From positions 3,623,567 to 3,687,566 of the forward strand of contig MU053629.1 of NCBI GenBank assembly GCA_013239625.1: a DNA stretch of 64,000 nucleotides, read 5' to 3'. The position numbers were made by a program, and so were the translations under genes. The DNA comes from Lama guanicoe (taxonomy: Eukaryota). The notes below the pieces were generated by a model. That model saw nothing but the letters and a program-made list of their open reading frames with translations, made no database searches and was not told the origin of the DNA. Positions 13,066 to 26,900 of this stretch are shown here, piece after piece (the first letter of the stretch is position 1; every line of letters begins with the position of its first letter).

Positions 13066-15329
13066 CTAAACTTTTGTATTTCTTTTTTTTGTTTGTTTTA
13101 ACCAAATACCATGTTTCTGAGTTCTGTTCATGATGTTATATGTATACCTTGTTCATTATTTATTTTGGCTGCAGAGCAGTCAGTCATGTGCATGGACTAC
13201 ATTTTATTTATTATTCCACTAGAATAACACATTTTTGCCATTTCCAACCCCTTGCTGCCTCAAACAGTGCGGCCATCACCATCGTATGTCTTTTGGACTC
13301 CTGTAAGAGTTCCCTGTGGAAAGTACTCAGAAGTGGGATTGCTGGCTTTTAGGGTACCTTGTGTCTCCTTCCGTGATTAGGCACATCCTTAATCCCTTTG
13401 TGTTTTAAGGGACACTTTTAATCTCTTTGAGGAGAAATTTGAGCCCTGAGTAGAAATCACAGTAGCGATGCAGGGTACTTCCCAAGACCTCACTTTTTCT
13501 TTGACCTTAGTTAGGCAAGTCCTTGTACTTTCCTTATCTATAGAGTGAGGATGAGAACGGTTCACAAAGTCTTTGCCTTAGTGGCCGACAGGGCCCTCCT
13601 TTCAGGTTCTTGGTTTTCCTCCACTGTCCCCTTCACTCGTGCACTCCAGCCACACTGCTCCCTGTGCTGCTCCTCGGCAGGTTGGGCACATTACCTTCAC
13701 AGAGCTTTGGCTTTGGCCATTCCCTCTCCCTGGAATTCTCTTCTCTCACATACCCCTGTGACGTGCGCCTTACTTCCTTTAGACCTCTGCTCAAATACCT
13801 CTTCACAGAGGCCATCCTTGATCCCTCTGCTTACAGCAGTCCTTGTCATGCTCTGCTTCTTCATTTTGCCCTGTTTCTCTTTATAGCATCAACATTGCAG
13901 TGTCTATAAGTATTTGCCCCTCTGCCTGTACCCTCTAAAATGTATGCTTCATGAAGGTGGGGGCTTGGTTTGTTCCTTGCTCAGTGAATAGAGCATTATC
14001 AGGCCCATAGCAAGTAGATCTCTGTTGGTTAATGATTGAACGGTTCCTACCCTGAAGGAGTACCTTGAAGATGAAGCAAGATAACACATACAGAAATGCT
14101 TTGAAGGCCATAAGGTGCTGAATAAACAAGAAGGTGGCAATCACAGCTTTTGGATTTTGGGCTGTTTCAGTGTAACCCTGAAACCCTCAGACCTACTTAA
14201 TTATTGCATTCAGAGCCCAGTTCATAGCATCAGCAGTTCTGCTAGGTTTGTAAGGGACACACATCTGTTAGAATGTGATGGTCCTTAAGGAAGGGGACAG
14301 AAAGGTTGAAAAAGGTTGATGTGCTTTTGAGGGCTCTCTTATGGCCTTGCCGTGATAACTAGAAGCTTCTGAAGTGGTTTTAACTGATCTTGTAGTTCTG
14401 AACTTGGATGCTTCTGCTCGTTTGTTGCTGCAATATCTACTGCTGGTGCCATCTTTTGAGAACAGCTTCAGGTGAAAAGCAGGGCTAATTGGAGCCTATG
14501 TCCTTGGGAACAATGTCTCTACTGTTGTTGCAGAAGATACAGAAATGGCAAAAAGATTCATAAAGATGACTTATGACTCCCCTGGCAAGGAGATGTGTGG
14601 GGTTCTTGCTGGAACGTAAACACTTAAAACATTATGCTTTCACTCATTTATGCATCTTTGAAAGAAGGGGAGAGAATACTTGAGTAGGTGTTGCCCCTGC
14701 CTTACCCATCTAGTTTGATGTGTCTCTGGCCCGTTGCCCCAGCACACTGCTTACCTCTGTTTGGTCTTGCTCACGTGGCTTCCGTTGTCTGGAATGCCCT
14801 CCTCCACTTTCCTGTGTGATTTTATTTTTGTTCTGTATTTGCCACCACACTTTAGATGAGGAGAAGGATCCTGACTGTCTTGTGTACTGATATTTCCCCA
14901 GGGTCTACTACTTGGAATGAATGAATGTGCCCATCTTTCAAGACCTAGCATAAAGCTCATCTCTCACGTAGCCTTTTCTCAGTAACTCCATGCTATTCGA
15001 GAACCTGAGTTCAAGACTTAGTTATGCCTCTTAATTGTGACCTTTGGCATGTCATTTAATTTCAGTGAGCCTCAGTTTTCCTCATTAGTAACATAAGGGC
15101 GAAAACACAACATACCTGTAGGGGAAGGAGGGCAGGTGCGTGTCATCCCAAATAACATATATGAAAGCACTTCATGATTGTGGGAATGCCTTCCAAATGG
15201 GAAGTGTAGTTAGTGATGCCAGCTTTGATTTCTTCCCTCTCAGCTGACTGTTCTTTTATCCTTAATACCAAATTGCAAATGTGTTGATAAACCATGTTGA
15301 CTTGGACACTTTACATGCTGCCTGTCCTT

Positions 15330-15885
15330 TAAAATTTAACCCAAACCTGCATCTAATCAAGCCTTGAGATCTGACTTCTTGTCTACAGCAAATGCAGGGA
15401 CCAAGGAGCAAGATAAATGACACCAGGGGGAAACAATCAGACAAATTCAGGATGTGGAACATTCTCTAAGACAACTGACACAGTCTCTTTAAAAAGTCAG
15501 TGTCATAGGGGAAAAGAGGGGACTGGTGCTGTTCGAGAATGAGAGTAAGGACACATGCCAACCAAGTGGAATGCGTGATCCTCGATTGGGTACCGAATGA
15601 AAAAATGAAACAGCTGTAAAATGAATTCTTGGGACAATTAGGGAAATTTGAATAGAGAATTATGGTTGATTTTTTAGGTGCAATAATCGTATGATTATGT
15701 AGGACAATGTTATAGGTGATGCATGAAACTTTCAAATGGTTCGGAAAAAAATATGCACACAAAGTAGATAAAGCCTGTGGGGCAAAATTGTTCACAGTTG
15801 TTTGGTTTGTTAGTTTGTGGGTCTCACTGTTCTATTCTTTCCATATTTCTGTATGTTTGGAAAAATTTATAATAAATTTTTAAAA
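15330..15885 (+). mobile_element. L1MC-like 3' end fragment
   Basis: TCTAATCAAGCCTTGAGATCT...CAATCAGACAAATTCAGGATGTGGAACATTCT...GGGACAATTAGGGAAATTTGAATA...CTGTATGTTTGGAAAAATTTATAATAAA. Confidence 0.7.
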
Positions 15886-18800
15886 AGTACCCAGAGAATA
15901 AAATTCTTCCTAAGTCTTACACCCTTTTTAATGTTAACTCACATTTTCTCTTTTCCCTTTTGTACTCTGGTCTATGTTGTGTAATAAACATCATGTTAAA
16001 TGCAGTATAATTTTAGAGTCGTATGCTTTCTTACTCACTAAATGTTCCTTATGTGTCTTTTTTTCATTAATTTGATTATTAGGGACCATGCGTTTTTGGA
16101 CCCCTGGGCCTACAGCACTATTCTTTTAATACAGTAAATCATTATTGGTAGATTGGACAAAACTAAAATAATGTTTAAACAAACAAACTACTGCTAACAA
16201 CCCAAAAAACCCTTCCTTGCTAGCTTCCCTCAGTATGCGTTGGTAGTTATTTCTACCACACCCGTAGGTCAAGTAATAGTGAATCTGTCTGACATGTTGA
16301 GAAAACCTGGAGAACCCACAGGCTGGAAAGAAGATGAGGTGAGCCTGAAAAGAAAGCTTAGGATCCCACTTTTGTTTCCCTTGTTCCCTTCTAGAAGCTG
16401 CCAATTTTGAAAAATCATCCTAGTCTTTTACTGTTACTTGATTGTGCTTTTCCCTCTCATCCTGTGTTTTAGTTCTGTTGCCTGAAAGCCCATGAGAGCT
16501 GTTTGGAGGCTGACAGACCTGTTTGCTAAGTTAACACTTTGCAAGATGAATTGTATTTTGTTTAAAAAAAAAAAACCAAAAAAACCCAAAACAGATGTTC
16601 TCTGAATCCTGGTGCAGGGCTACTGCTAAAATTGCTGATCCTGCCTCTGATTTCTCGGTGAAGCTCCCAGGGGCATCCTGCTTTGATGTCAGCAAGGGTA
16701 TCAGATTAAGAAGAGATTACAGAGTGTTGAAAAATCGGACAAAGGTAGAGTGACTTCCTTTCCCCCCAGCTCTTTTTTTGAACATTTTTCTGCTTAAGCC
16801 CAACTTAAAAAAAAATTTTTTTTTAATATATCAACATCCTTTAAAGAAAGAACTTCCAGATGTTAAATTTTCCAGTTTAACTTTTGGTTATTCCATTATA
16901 TACATATATAAATAGTCGTGACCAGTTGATGGGTGTCCCCCTCCTCCCACCCTCCAATTTGTATGTATGGACAAGATTCTCATGCTTGTCATCTATTTTT
17001 GGCTGAAGAGTAGAATTTAATAGGATTAGGCTTCACAAATGACACTGTTGATTATTTAGGTGGCTTTCAGAATTTTATTGATACTCTTATGAATGTTTTG
17101 AACTAATTTGTTTTGTTCTTTTAGATTAATTCATACACTGAATCAGAGGCAACGAACCATGTTACTGCTGTAGTTAAATATTAACTGAATATGTTCCATA
17201 AAAAGACAGAACCAATTTACAGTGTATGTATGTTTCAGCTGATTCCTCAAGCTTCAGGAAGTTTTTGGGTTTTTTTTTGTAAGTTTAGTGAGTTTTGATC
17301 TTTTAATAGGACTCCTTTAAGGTCAGTATGTTTTACTTTGTTAGCTAGGCTGTATTTTTGAAATGGAATTTTCTGTATTTCATCAATTCAGTCTAAACTA
17401 ATACTTAATGAATGCTAACTGAATGTAATTTGCTATGCTGGATGCTAAAGGTAGGTGAGTAAGATTGTCTTTGCCGCCAAGGATCTTAAAATCTCACAAA
17501 GGAGGGGAAGGGGAAGTTGCAGGCACACAGGAAGAAGGAAACAAATGGCTGCAGAGTAGGAAAAGGGCCCCAAGAGAAGAGGTACAAAGAAAGTACTGTC
17601 AGAGCTCATTGAGAGGAGGAAGAAGGCACGTCCATGGGGAGATTAGCAGAGCCTTCACAGAGGAGATGACATTTGAGCTGGGTCTTGAAGGATGGCTAGG
17701 ATTTCCACAGGAATGGCGGGGAGGGGGCACGGCAGGAAGAGAGCTCAGGACTTCGCACATGTGGGAAAGCTTGGGATATGTGGAGGAGCCGGCAAGTGGT
17801 TTAGTGCACTGGGTGCATGGCTGCAGGTCGCAGGGGATGAAGCTGGAGCGGTAGGTGGGATGGTTTTGTGGTACCAGCTGAACATTTTTTAAAGTCTCAT
17901 GCAAACTTTTCTTCTCCTCTGACCATTTTTTAATAGATACGTCTACTTAGCTTTTATGTACTTTGTATTTTATTCATTTTTTTGTGAGTTCATTTCTTTT
18001 ATTAACAAGCACACAATTAACTTGTTTTCTGGTTTGTTAAAGCAGTAGGTCGCTGTGCTTTATATTTTTAAATTTTATAAAATGTATGGCTACTACATCA
18101 TCTCGTTGGAATGTTTTCCTTTTATGTTGTATTACTTAAGAAAAAAACATTTATTTTCAAAAAAATCTTCCAAAGCATGTCTTTTGTGTGTGATAGCCTC
18201 CTTTTCTTTGTATTTAGACATCTGTCATCATTTCATCACTAGCAGGACTATATGGCTTCATTTTCTTTTAGCCTTTTTTCTCCCTTATGTGGTCCCATCT
18301 GGAATTAATTAATGTGTTTGATGTGAAGTGTGGGTCTAAGATAGTTTTTTTCCACAATGAATTCTAGTGTCTTAATGGAGTTTATTAAATATGATTTTTA
18401 TCCATCTGTTGTATTTTCAGGTTTACTTTTATTTGGTCTTTGTGGTATTTTTACCTATTTCTGAAGTTTCTTTTAAACTCATATGTGGTTTTAATAGTTT
18501 TATTTTCTTTTTTTAAATTGGGTAGGGTTAAAGAAAACTTTAAAAATTGTCATGGTGTACCTTACCTTTTCATTTATTAGTGTCTCCTCTTTTCCTGTTA
18601 TGGTGTTATTTTTTCTTGGATAATACGGTGTTATTGTTTCTTCTGAATAGTTCTCTTGTGTCCTGAGTTCATATTTCAGAGACTTTAACATTTTGATGCT
18701 GTTGTGATTGAACATTTTTAAATTTGTGTTTTCCATCTGCACTGTGGTTTGATTTGTACAAATTATTTAAAAACCACTTTTTCTGTCTAGTAATTTTTTG

Positions 18801-20869
18801 TTTGAATATCAGTGTTTCTGGATTTACTAGTGTCATCTGCAAAACATGACTTAATTTCCCACCTCAACGCCGTTTCTGTTTCATCTCCATCTCAGCTGGC
18901 GTTGCTCTCAATAGCAGTTCTCATGTCCCAGGGGAACACTTAAAGTATAACCAGGCTTCCCAGGGACCTTCTGGACCAGGGACTTTTCTGCTTTTTCCAA
19001 GGAGTCATGAAAATAGGAAGCAGCTGCCCGGCTATAGAGAAGCAGAGCCTGTTAGGGCTGTGTGGGACCTTACAGATCCTCTAGCCCTGTGTCTCCTTTT
19101 GCAAGATGAGGAAACCAGATCCAGAGAGGGGGAGGAGCTTGCTGGGAGTTCGCACAGCTGGAGTGGAAGAAGGTGGCTGAACTTTTATCCCGACTCATAT
19201 TTTCTTATGGTGTATATATTACATGTTTTCATTTGGAACACTTACTTGGTTTGAAAATTTTCCAGGTTTACCCAGCACTGAACTTTGGTAACTTTACCTA
19301 ATATTCTTAATTTAGAGAAATTGTTTTCAAGTAATAATCTAAAACTCTGGTAAAGGGTACCCCTCTATATCTCCACTCCCCTAAGGTGTTTGAGGGATAA
19401 GGGAATGAGGAAATAGAGGGAAGAAAGGGTATTTTATTTTAGTCCAGGATCCTTAGTTGAAGGGTCTATTTTTAAGCTTCATAATGTCAGTTTTTTAAGC
19501 GGTGGTTTTCAAAATAGCCACAGACAAAAGTCCCTGCGAAATGAATGCCTTTCTGGAGTTGACCTATTTTGGGTTTAACTGTTACCAAGAATGGTTCAGA
19601 ATTTGGAATGCTCTTAAGTGCATTTACTTTTCAGACAAAGTGCAACAATTGAGTTGAGTGAGTTATCCACATGGTTTCCAGATTCAGATTAAATCTTGAA
19701 ATTTGGGGAGTTATGAGGAGAAGACATGACTGGATTGTCATACAGGTTTGTCTGAATCCAGATTAATTATGTTTCTTTACTGAGTTATAACTTACATACT
19801 CAGGTTATTTTTTAAAAATTAAACTGTCACCAAGCGTGAGAGTTCAGAGTCGAAATTATTTTGCCCTATTTGATTTCATACCATCCTTCAATAAATAATC
19901 CTTCAAGAATGTCCTTGTTGGAGGAGAAGCCTCAGAAGTTAGCTGCAATTCCAAGCTAACTGTAAACCTTTTGTCTAATGGCTTACTCAAATCCAGATTG
20001 AAATCCTACCAAAATGTTAGCTTGTATTTCAGTTCCTCTCTGTTTCTCTCCCCCTCTCTCTCCAAGTCTGTAGAATGCTGGAGAAACAAGAAGAGGGTAG
20101 TTTAACATTCCAATAATTATTAACAGTGGAAAATACATCCTTCTTATCTTAGGCATCCATTTGTGTCCGCTGATAAAACTTGGACATTGGAGCCTCAGAA
20201 AGATTCTATTCACTGAAGGAAGGACCAGCAGAACATTTGGACCTGGCTCATAACATATTATATTAATTTAAATAGACAGTGCAACACTTTTTTTTATTTT
20301 ACTGGAACACTCCTTTTAAAAGATAGTCTCCTTTGCCTTGTTTTATTTTGGTAACTAAACTAATGCTGGGTTAGCATTAAATGTAGCTTGCTGCATTTCT
20401 GTTTCTGAGTATTCTAAATCACTGAGCAATTATCAAAAAAAAAAGTCACAAAGCATTTCCAAATAAAAAAGAAGCAATAAAATATTTATTAGGGGAAGTC
20501 AAGGGGAGAGTTAGTGAGGAAAGTACCAGAAACCACCAACAGGTGTTTTGGTTGCACTGAACACAGTTTCAGCTTGGTCTGCAGTCACAGGGAAGAGTTT
20601 TGTGAATTCCTGAAATGTGAGGTGGAGGGGACACAGGGGAAGCGGAAATCAGCCGTTCCGGAGCCACACAGGTCTTGGGTTACTGGAGGCTCACCCACAG
20701 CTGAGGATCTGGAACATTCTGAGCAGGTTGCTTTCTTGAAAGATAAGAGCTGCATCTGTAGCACCCAGTTGTGGGGTAATAAAGTATGGGTCCTAGGTCA
20801 GGAAGTATAATAAAGTCAAAAGACGTTAAACTTTTATCCCTGGAGGACATCGTAACTGGAGAAATAGCT

Positions 20870-21080
20870 ACCATTTATTGAGGGCCTGTCTGGTCTATTT
20901 TCATCCATTATCTTGAATGTGCACTAAAATTCTGCAAGAAAGGTCGTAATATTCTATTGCACAGATAAGGAAAATGAAGTTCAGAGAAGTTAAGTAATTT
21001 GCACAAGGTTGCACAACAGTGATGGAAAACTAGGTTTAGAACCCAAGTCTGTCGTGCTCTCACACCCATGCTTTTCCCAC
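20870..21080 (-). mobile_element. MIR SINE
   Basis: CATTTATTGAGG...ACAGATAAGGAAAATGAAGTTCAGAGAAGTTAAGTAATTTGCACAAGGTTGCACA. Confidence 0.75.
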
Positions 21081-21121
21081 ACAGCCCTTCAAAGATTGCT
21101 TAAAATGCTAGCAGTCCTCTT

Positions 21122-21320
21122 AGAGCTACACTCTCCAAAACTGTAGCCACTAGCCATATGTAGCTATTTAAATTTTAATGAATTAAAATTAAATAAAGCT
21201 AAAAATCAGTTCCTAATGTGCACTGGCCATACTTTAAGGACTCAGTGGCCCCATATGGCTAGTGGCTACTGTATTGATGGACAGCACAGATTATGGCATT
21301 CTCATCATTGCAGAGAATTC
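21122..21320. mobile_element. MER3/MER33-like hAT-Charlie non-autonomous DNA transposon
   Basis: Internal inverted motif GTAGCCACTAGCCATATG ... CATATGGCTAGTGGCTAC around an AT-rich core. Confidence 0.8.
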
Positions 21321-23864
21321 CATCCAATTTTACCATTTTTATTTTTGCCCCTTTATTTTTCGAAGGAGAAAATGAAGGACGAAGGAAGTAATTTGTTTAG
21401 TGTCATACATCTAATTGAGGCCTTTGGACTGGTTGCCTGGTGGCTTTTCTTATGTGCCACCCTCTTCCTTAAAACATATTAACAGAGATGTGTGAAAGGA
21501 GTGACTCCCACTCTCCCAGCTTTGCCTGGCCTTCAACCTAGATTCTTCCTCCCAAAGTACAGTCCTGAGTTTTCCCAAATTCAGAGGGCTTAATGTGAGT
21601 AGTTTGCCCCAGGGAAACGAAAGATGTTTGTTGGAAAGACATTCCATGCTCAGTGTATGAAATAGCACTTTGATTCACTCTGGTTCTTTCTCTGCCTTCC
21701 TACCAAGCACTTTGTGATTGAACTCGCAGCTGCCAACCATTTGTCTTCCAAACAAGGCTAACTTCAAAACAGTTCAAATAACAGAGGTATATATACTTTG
21801 AATGCCAGCAGCTGCTTGTGACTTGCTGTTTATTCCAGTGGCATTTGCCTTAGGGTCAAATAGATTTAGATTATGACCAGAATTACAGCAATAGATTTCT
21901 GACTTGGGTGTTTAGAAGATTAAGATGCGTTAACATTCATTTAAGTGATATTTAGTACATACCTGATACCAGGCACTGGGCTGAGAAATGGACAAGAAGG
22001 ACTTCTGCTGAAAATTGAATAAGATGCCAATGTTATGACTGAGTTGAATGCATTTTAAAATCTCTGCATCTTATTGTCGGTATTCGCCATCCACATATCT
22101 ACCTGTTTAGTCCTGAAATTTAATAAAAGCTCCAGTTTGGATCATAGCTTTGAAGTGAAGAATCACATGGAAATGTCCTTTTAGTAGATGGCATTAAAGA
22201 CATTGAAATTATACACGCCAGTGTTTAAATGACATTCTTAAGTGTGTGTGTGCGTTTGGGGAATGGGCATGTGGGAACAAAAATGAGGCATTGTGCTGAG
22301 GTAATATTTTTAGGAAGCCTAAATGTGATATTTGATTTCAGTCTAACAGACTCATGGTTTAGAAAATTGTCTTTCAGAAACTGAGAAATTGAAGTTTTAG
22401 CTTTTTTCCCTAAGGAAATGTTAAAGTCATGGGCATGAGTATGTTCAGAGAGACTAAAAACAAATTTGACTGATGGCACAGTGTGCAGGGGAGTGCCTGT
22501 CTTCCCTGAAAGCCACAAAGGCAGGGAGGGAGAGGACCTTAAAGACGGTGGGACAGCTGGAAGGGATCTCAGGGAGCTCTGACATCTGGTCTTCCTGACT
22601 GCCTGAGATCACGGGGGCTGGCGGGGGAGGCAGAATGTCCAGAGGACTTCCTATATTGTTTTTTAGAGTAGGGTCTGCTTTCTAGAAAGTTGAAGATACG
22701 ATGATGAGAATTTTGGAGTCAGCAGGCCCACTGCATAATGGTCTCAGAAGGACGTACTGATCACCTCTGAATGTTACTTGTATTTTGGTGTCAGTGCCGT
22801 GAAGAGCCCAGCTCCCTGATCAGATTTTGACTTGATGTTTCTGCCCCACCCCACCTACAAGTGTTTCATTTGAATGCAGAGTCTCACTCCTCTTTCAAAG
22901 GGGTCCGAAAGTCTTCAGAATTTTCAGCCTGCAGTGCTTTTGAATAACACTACATTATGCAGAGCAAAAGTGTGAGATCTGAACTCCTTTTCTACTGTTA
23001 ACTTGCCACATGGCCATTCTGTGCCTGCTTCTGTTCTGTGAAGGTGGGCATGATGGTAATGCCTCCCTGCCTTCCAGGGTTTATGTAATGAGCTCTGCAG
23101 GGCCGTGTAAATCCCCACTGAGTACACTTGCAAACTTTTAGTAGATATTAAGTAGATTACATTTTATTGTTGAAAGGGATCTTGGAGATCTTTGTTGCAG
23201 TCCTATCTCAGGGCAGGTGGAGAACCTAGGACTGCAAAGAAACCTTAACAGAAGTTGACCTTGTTACACAGCAGATTCTATTTTGACCTGTGAGTGTGAC
23301 TTTTGAGTAAGTGTAGCCTGGAGACAGTGAGACACAGTGGAAAGGCTACCAGCAGCCATAGGTTTGAATCCTGACCCTACCTCTTATTAATTTTTAGTGA
23401 TCTGGTGCAAGTTTTTTCATATCCTTGGGTCTGTTTCCACGTCTGTAAAATGGAAACAAAACCGACTCAGCAGAAAGGGTTCATGGACACTTTGTATGTG
23501 TAAGCTGCTTTTGATGATACTAGAACTAGGTTCCCAGCCCAAGGTGCCTTATTTTCTGTCAGGTGAGAAGGAGAGAAAATTCTCGCTTCCCAAAGAACTT
23601 CCAGTGACGATGCTCTTCAGCTGTTCTTTATCCACACAGACTTAGAATAGAGACAACACCGGGCATACTTGCAATTTTTGGGGATATGCAGGAAGCAGAA
23701 TTATTTTCAGTGAAACGGGAGGCTGCAAAAGGTGCTCGGAAACAACTGCCACAGTACAGCCTGATATAGACTCCTTCCGGCTTCTCGGCCTGCCATCTGC
23801 CGGACAGACACCGCCCGGGAAGCTTGGCTTACTTCTCCCAGAGTTCAAGGAGGATTTCCTAGGC

Positions 23865-23867
23865 TGC

Positions 23868-23899
<32 letters not shown>

Positions 23900-23917
23900 G
23901 TGTGTGCGTGTGTGTGT
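23865..23917. repeat. Interrupted (TG)n microsatellite
   Basis: TG repeat with three CG interruptions. Confidence 0.95.
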
Positions 23918-26900
23918 AGGAATAGGGAAGGGTAGCAAAAGGACATAAAGGGAAGGCAACACTCCCTTCCTGTGGCTCAGATCAGATGTTGAGGGTCAGT
24001 TCCAGGTAGATCTTGGGTTCAAATTCTCCTTCATCATTCTTCCAAACGTCTTCCCCAGTGGGCCCTGGCCTCTGCTCAGACTGTGTCTTCTACGGGGGCT
24101 TCCCTTCTCCACCTTCATATTGAGATCCTTGGCTTGTGCAAGTTCCATTGATAGGTCAGTTCTTCTGTAAATCCATCACAGACTTGTCCTCTACCCCACT
24201 CCAGGCAGTGGACATCTGTCCACCTTCCAGAGCACTCTGTGCATATGCCATCACACGTTAGTTGTTTGTGTAACGCTGTCCAGTTGGACTGGACTTGAGG
24301 AAGCCTGCGACTGGGTCTTACTCCTCATTATCTCCAGTGCATATCATGTTCCATCTGGTTTGGTAAAATTTTGTTGAATGACTTAAGCCTTGAGGTGGCA
24401 GTAAAGGCAGAGGGCAGGAGATGCTCCCCCTCCCACGGACAAGAGTGACAATCCCTGTGAGGTCTGACTTGACTTAATTAGTGGTTGATTATTTTTAGTT
24501 TATAGTATCTTGGCACAAGACGGCCACAGTTTGTGGTAATCGTAGCATTTGTTCTGCAAGCCTGTATACTCTTTGTGTTTACATCCATTTATTTCTTCAT
24601 TCAACCGCAGGAAGCAGACAGGGTGTGTGTTATCTCTACCCGACAGATGAGGAAACTGATCCTGGTTAAGGGCCATGTGTGTGTGTCACACAGGGAGACA
24701 GGGAGCTAAGTGCCTATAGGCCTTTGTACTGCTTTTTCAGCCAACAGTCCCTTCCTAGCCCAGTGGGGAAATTGGCAGTGACATTCCCTAGTGTTCCCTC
24801 AGCCCCCATGCCTGGCACAGAGGAATGCTCAGGGAACATTTGGGGCTTGACGGGCTGGCAAGCCTCTTTTGCATGCTGAGCTGAACACTTATCCCTTATC
24901 CTTGGGCTTGATGGATGTGTGACATCGGTGTCTGAATATACACGGCACCTGTGGCTTTTCACACTCTCCCCCTACGCCTCCCCAGGGACAGGGATAGGAC
25001 AGATGGCCATAGACAGGATTCTCAGCTCTGCATCCTCTCTGCAAATCACATTTGGGGAAAAGTTAAGTTTGTGCAATAACACAATTTTGGTAACGTGGTT
25101 TCATACTGCTGGTAAGTTCTGTAACAGTCTGGATAAATCACACTTCAGAACTCATTTGGGAGAAGAGTTTAATTTCACTGTGGGTGGCTGTGATTCTTTT
25201 CCACCAGCCCTCTTGCCCTCCCCTAATAAATCTAGGCTGATAAGGTGAATGCAGCACTAACTAGGCTATTTCTGGATCCAGGATAGCATTCTGTTATATT
25301 ATTCATCCTGTTTACCACCAGCACCTTTCCTTCCTTCTCCCTGGAGTGTAGCCACTTGTCTGTCCTTAAATCTTAGAGGTGGAAAAGATTTTGATAGTTT
25401 AGTCTCCTGGATATGTTGTGAAAAGATTGAGGTCCAGAGAGGCTGGGCAGCTTACTTGGTGTTAATATGGCTGGTGCAGACCTGAATTGAGATCCAAGGG
25501 CCCCTGACTGCTCTTTAGAGCAGGGCTGTTTTCTGCCCTGTCCCAATGCCTGCCCTTCAACCTGTCTTACAAGTAGGGGAAAGTCTCTAAGTTCAGTTAT
25601 AAATGAAGTAAGGTGACCAGTTGCTCGTTGTTGAAGGCCCCCCAGCACAGAGTGAGTTCATTTCCTGTCAACCCTCACAGCCTCTCTTGGCGTATCTTTG
25701 GTAACAGCCATTAAAGGCTTGATAGATTTCTGTAGAGTCAGCTGCAGCCTACAGGTAACCCTGTATGGTTTGACTGTTAGGATTGAACTTTTAGGGAAAA
25801 AAAGAAAAAGAGGGAAGAGTGATAACTGTATGTGAAGGGAGAGAAAAAACTATTGTTAATTTTTCCCTTCATGGTATATACCCTTTGGCTCTTTGACTCT
25901 AGAAATCCTCAGATTTTGATGTTTTAAATATGGTGGATAGATACATAATCCAAAGTCAGGTGTTCGGATTGCTGAAGACTGGTAAAAGGTAACAATAGGT
26001 CCAAGTCTGGAGCTTGAAAAAAATGATACTTCTCAATTGTCATAGAAGCTCCGGTGTTTGGCATTCTCCTACTGGTGGACTTGGGGATATTTGGGAGTTC
26101 AGCAACAGGTGTGCCATCGACAGGTCTCTGGTCCTCCCTGGCAGAGGTGGGCCTGTTCCTTGTTTGGGAACTTTTGGGAGGGACACACATGCCTGGCCAG
26201 CCAGAGGGGCCAGTCGACCTGTACCGGCTGGTGTGTAGAGCAGGAAGCCCAGCTGTAACACAGCAGAAGATGACAGTTCTCTCCATAGGATCCACAGGTA
26301 GCTAATGATGCCCTGCTCCTCTCCTAATACCATGACCAGCCCCTTCCACATAGTGCAGACTCTGCTCGTGCTTTGCATGGTGGGAGTGATCTGTGCAGGC
26401 AGGTGGCTGAGGTTGGCGTCCCGGCTCCACACCTAAACAGTTGTTTTGATCGGGTTTATTACTTAGCCTCTCTCATCCACATTTACTGCCAGTGTTTGGG
26501 AGCCTATCCCTCCTTGTAGGCTGGAGTCAGATATTATCTTGACCATGAAACTTCGTGTGGTCTCCCTTGGAAAAGCCCCAGCTGTCCTGTCCATGAACTA
26601 CTCGAGACAACCCACTTGGGGAGGGTGTGTGTGTGTGTGGCGATCTTCACACATACCTGTTGTGTTTCCCACCTGCACTGTGAACATCTGGAGATCAAGA
26701 GTTCAGTTTCGATGCCCCATCGTTAGCCCAGGCCTGGCACGTGGTAGCTAGTCTGTAAACATGGAGTGAACGAATGTCCGTGTTAGCTTACTGAACTCCC
26801 GTGGGACAGGAGGTTGACTCCATTGGATTTTCACTGGTGTCAACTGCACTGTTACGTGCACTGAGATTCTTGATAACTGTGCTTGAATCATTTCTATTTT

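Noticed and set aside
16680..16693. TCF/LEF motif GCTTTGATG next to a MAF-like GTCAGCA
   Set aside because: An isolated short motif pair is expected by chance in 64 kb; no conservation data available.
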